From the human T2T-CHM13v2.0 reference genome, Homo sapiens: 64,000 bases of DNA. The stretch lies in NCBI RefSeq assembly GCF_009914755.1, contig NC_060925.1, one strand, 5' to 3'. Shown here piece by piece: positions 62,057 to 64,000 of this stretch. Numbering within the stretch: position 1 is the stretch's first letter; every line of letters starts with the position of its first letter. A model generated the notes under the pieces. That model was not told where the DNA came from. It ran no database searches and worked only from the letters and a program-made list of their open reading frames with translations. Position numbers and translations under genes: made by a program.

Positions 62057-62265
62057 TAATTCTAACATTGTTCATAGGAAGTAGATACTTAGGAAATATT
62101 ATCTCCACTTTATAGATAAGGAAACTTGAACATCAAAAGGTCACACCTGGTCTGTCTCCTGACAATGGATCAGCCTGCTTCCATCCTTTGGGTCTTGAAA
62201 GTCTGAGTTGTTGCTATCAAATTATTTCAATCTTCATTTTTTCCCCTGGTTACCAAGTAAATGCA

Positions 62266-63321
62266 TGTTGTGGGAAGTCAGGGACCCCAAACGGAGGGAC
62301 CGGCTGAAGCCATGGCAGAAGAACATGGATTGTGAAGATTTCATGGACATTTATTAGTTCCCCAAATTAATACTTTTATAATTTCTTATGCCTGTCTTTA
62401 CTGCAGTCTCTAAACATAAACTGTGAAGATTTCATGGACACTTATCACTTCCCCAGTCAATACCCTTGTGATTTCCTATGCCTGTCTTTACTTTAATCTC
62501 TTAATCCTGTCATCTCGTAAGCCGAGGAGGATGTATGTTGCCTCAGGACCCTGTGATAATTGCGTTAACTATACAAATTGTAGAGCATGTGTGTTTGTGC
62601 AATATGAAATCTGGGCACCTTGAAAAAAGAACAGGATAACAGCGATGTTCAGGGAACAAGAGAGATAACCTTAAACTCTGACCGCCGGTGAGCAGTCTCT
62701 TCTTTCAAAAGCAAATGGGAGAAATATCGCTGAATTCTTTTTCTCAGCAAGGAACATCCCTGGGAAAGAGAATACATGCCTAGGGGTGGGTCTCTGAACT
62801 GGCCCCCCTGGGCATGGCTGCCTGCTATGGTCGAGGCTGTAGAGGTGAAATAGACCCCAGTCTCCCATAGTGCTCCCAGGCTTATTAGGACGAGGAAATT
62901 CCCACCTAATAAATTTTGGTCAGACTGGTTACTCTCAAACCCTGTATCCTGATAAGATGTTATCAATGACAATGGTGCTCGAAACTTCATTAGCAATTTT
63001 AATTTTGCCCCAGTCCTGTGGTCCTGTGATCTTGCCCTGCCTCCATTTGCCTTGTGATATTCTATTACCTTGTAAAGTATGTGACCTCTGTGACCCACAC
63101 CTATTCGTATACTCCTTCCCCTTTTGAAAGTCCCTAATAAAAACTTGCTGGTTTTGCAGCTTGTGGGACATCACGGAACCTACCGACATGTGATGTCTCC
63201 CCTGGACGCCCAGCTTTAAAATTTCTCTCTTTTGTACTCTGTCCCTTTATCTCTCAAATTGGCTGATGCTTAGGGAAAATAGAAAAGAACCTACGTGACT
63301 ATTGGGGCAGGTTCCCCGATA
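62266..63321 (+). mobile_element. MER11 (HERV-K11 group) solo LTR, 1056 bp
   Basis: tgttgtgggaagtcagggacccc start, ...ggttccccgata end, perfect 6-bp TSD aatgca (62260-62265, 63322-63327). Confidence 0.9.
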
Positions 63322-63390
63322 AATGCATGCTTACTAAAGGCATTTATAAATAGTGAAAGTTACAAAGAAGAATATAAAAGTCATTTGCAT

Positions 63391-64000
<610 letters not shown>

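Noticed and set aside
62331-62440. Repeated tgtgaagatttcatggaca within the LTR
   Set aside because: As I recall, an internal duplication intrinsic to the MER11 consensus.

Overview
Primate (almost certainly human, chr1p13.2-type) euchromatic DNA, identified by recognising the encoded proteins; the SVA and L1PA2-type elements indicate a hominid genome. It contains the 5' half of RHOC (minus strand), all 10 exons of PPM1J (minus, 505 aa reconstructed with consistent GT-AG phases) and all of TAFA3/FAM19A3 (plus, 133 aa, plus a frameshifted 169-aa alternative form). The remaining ~40 kb has no intron-containing gene and holds an SVA_A, ERV-L remnants, L1s, dozens of Alus, an orphan CpG island, a NUTF2 retrocopy with an open ORF and a MER11 solo LTR. 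I see no convincing new multi-gene system. Best sequence-visible leads: (1) a single-TSD composite L1 insertion in TAFA3 that looks like a serial 3' transduction; (2) a stop-free in-frame PPM1J-exon9/RHOC read-through path; (3) a TAFA3 upstream ATG that is an AUGA-overlapping uORF or a 68-aa N-terminal extension depending on splice acceptor; (4) several local templated copies, one from 41.7 kb away; (5) a tail-to-tail Alu pair sharing private alleles. Repeat subfamily names and reference-protein comparisons are from memory, not from searches; repeat boundaries are approximate.
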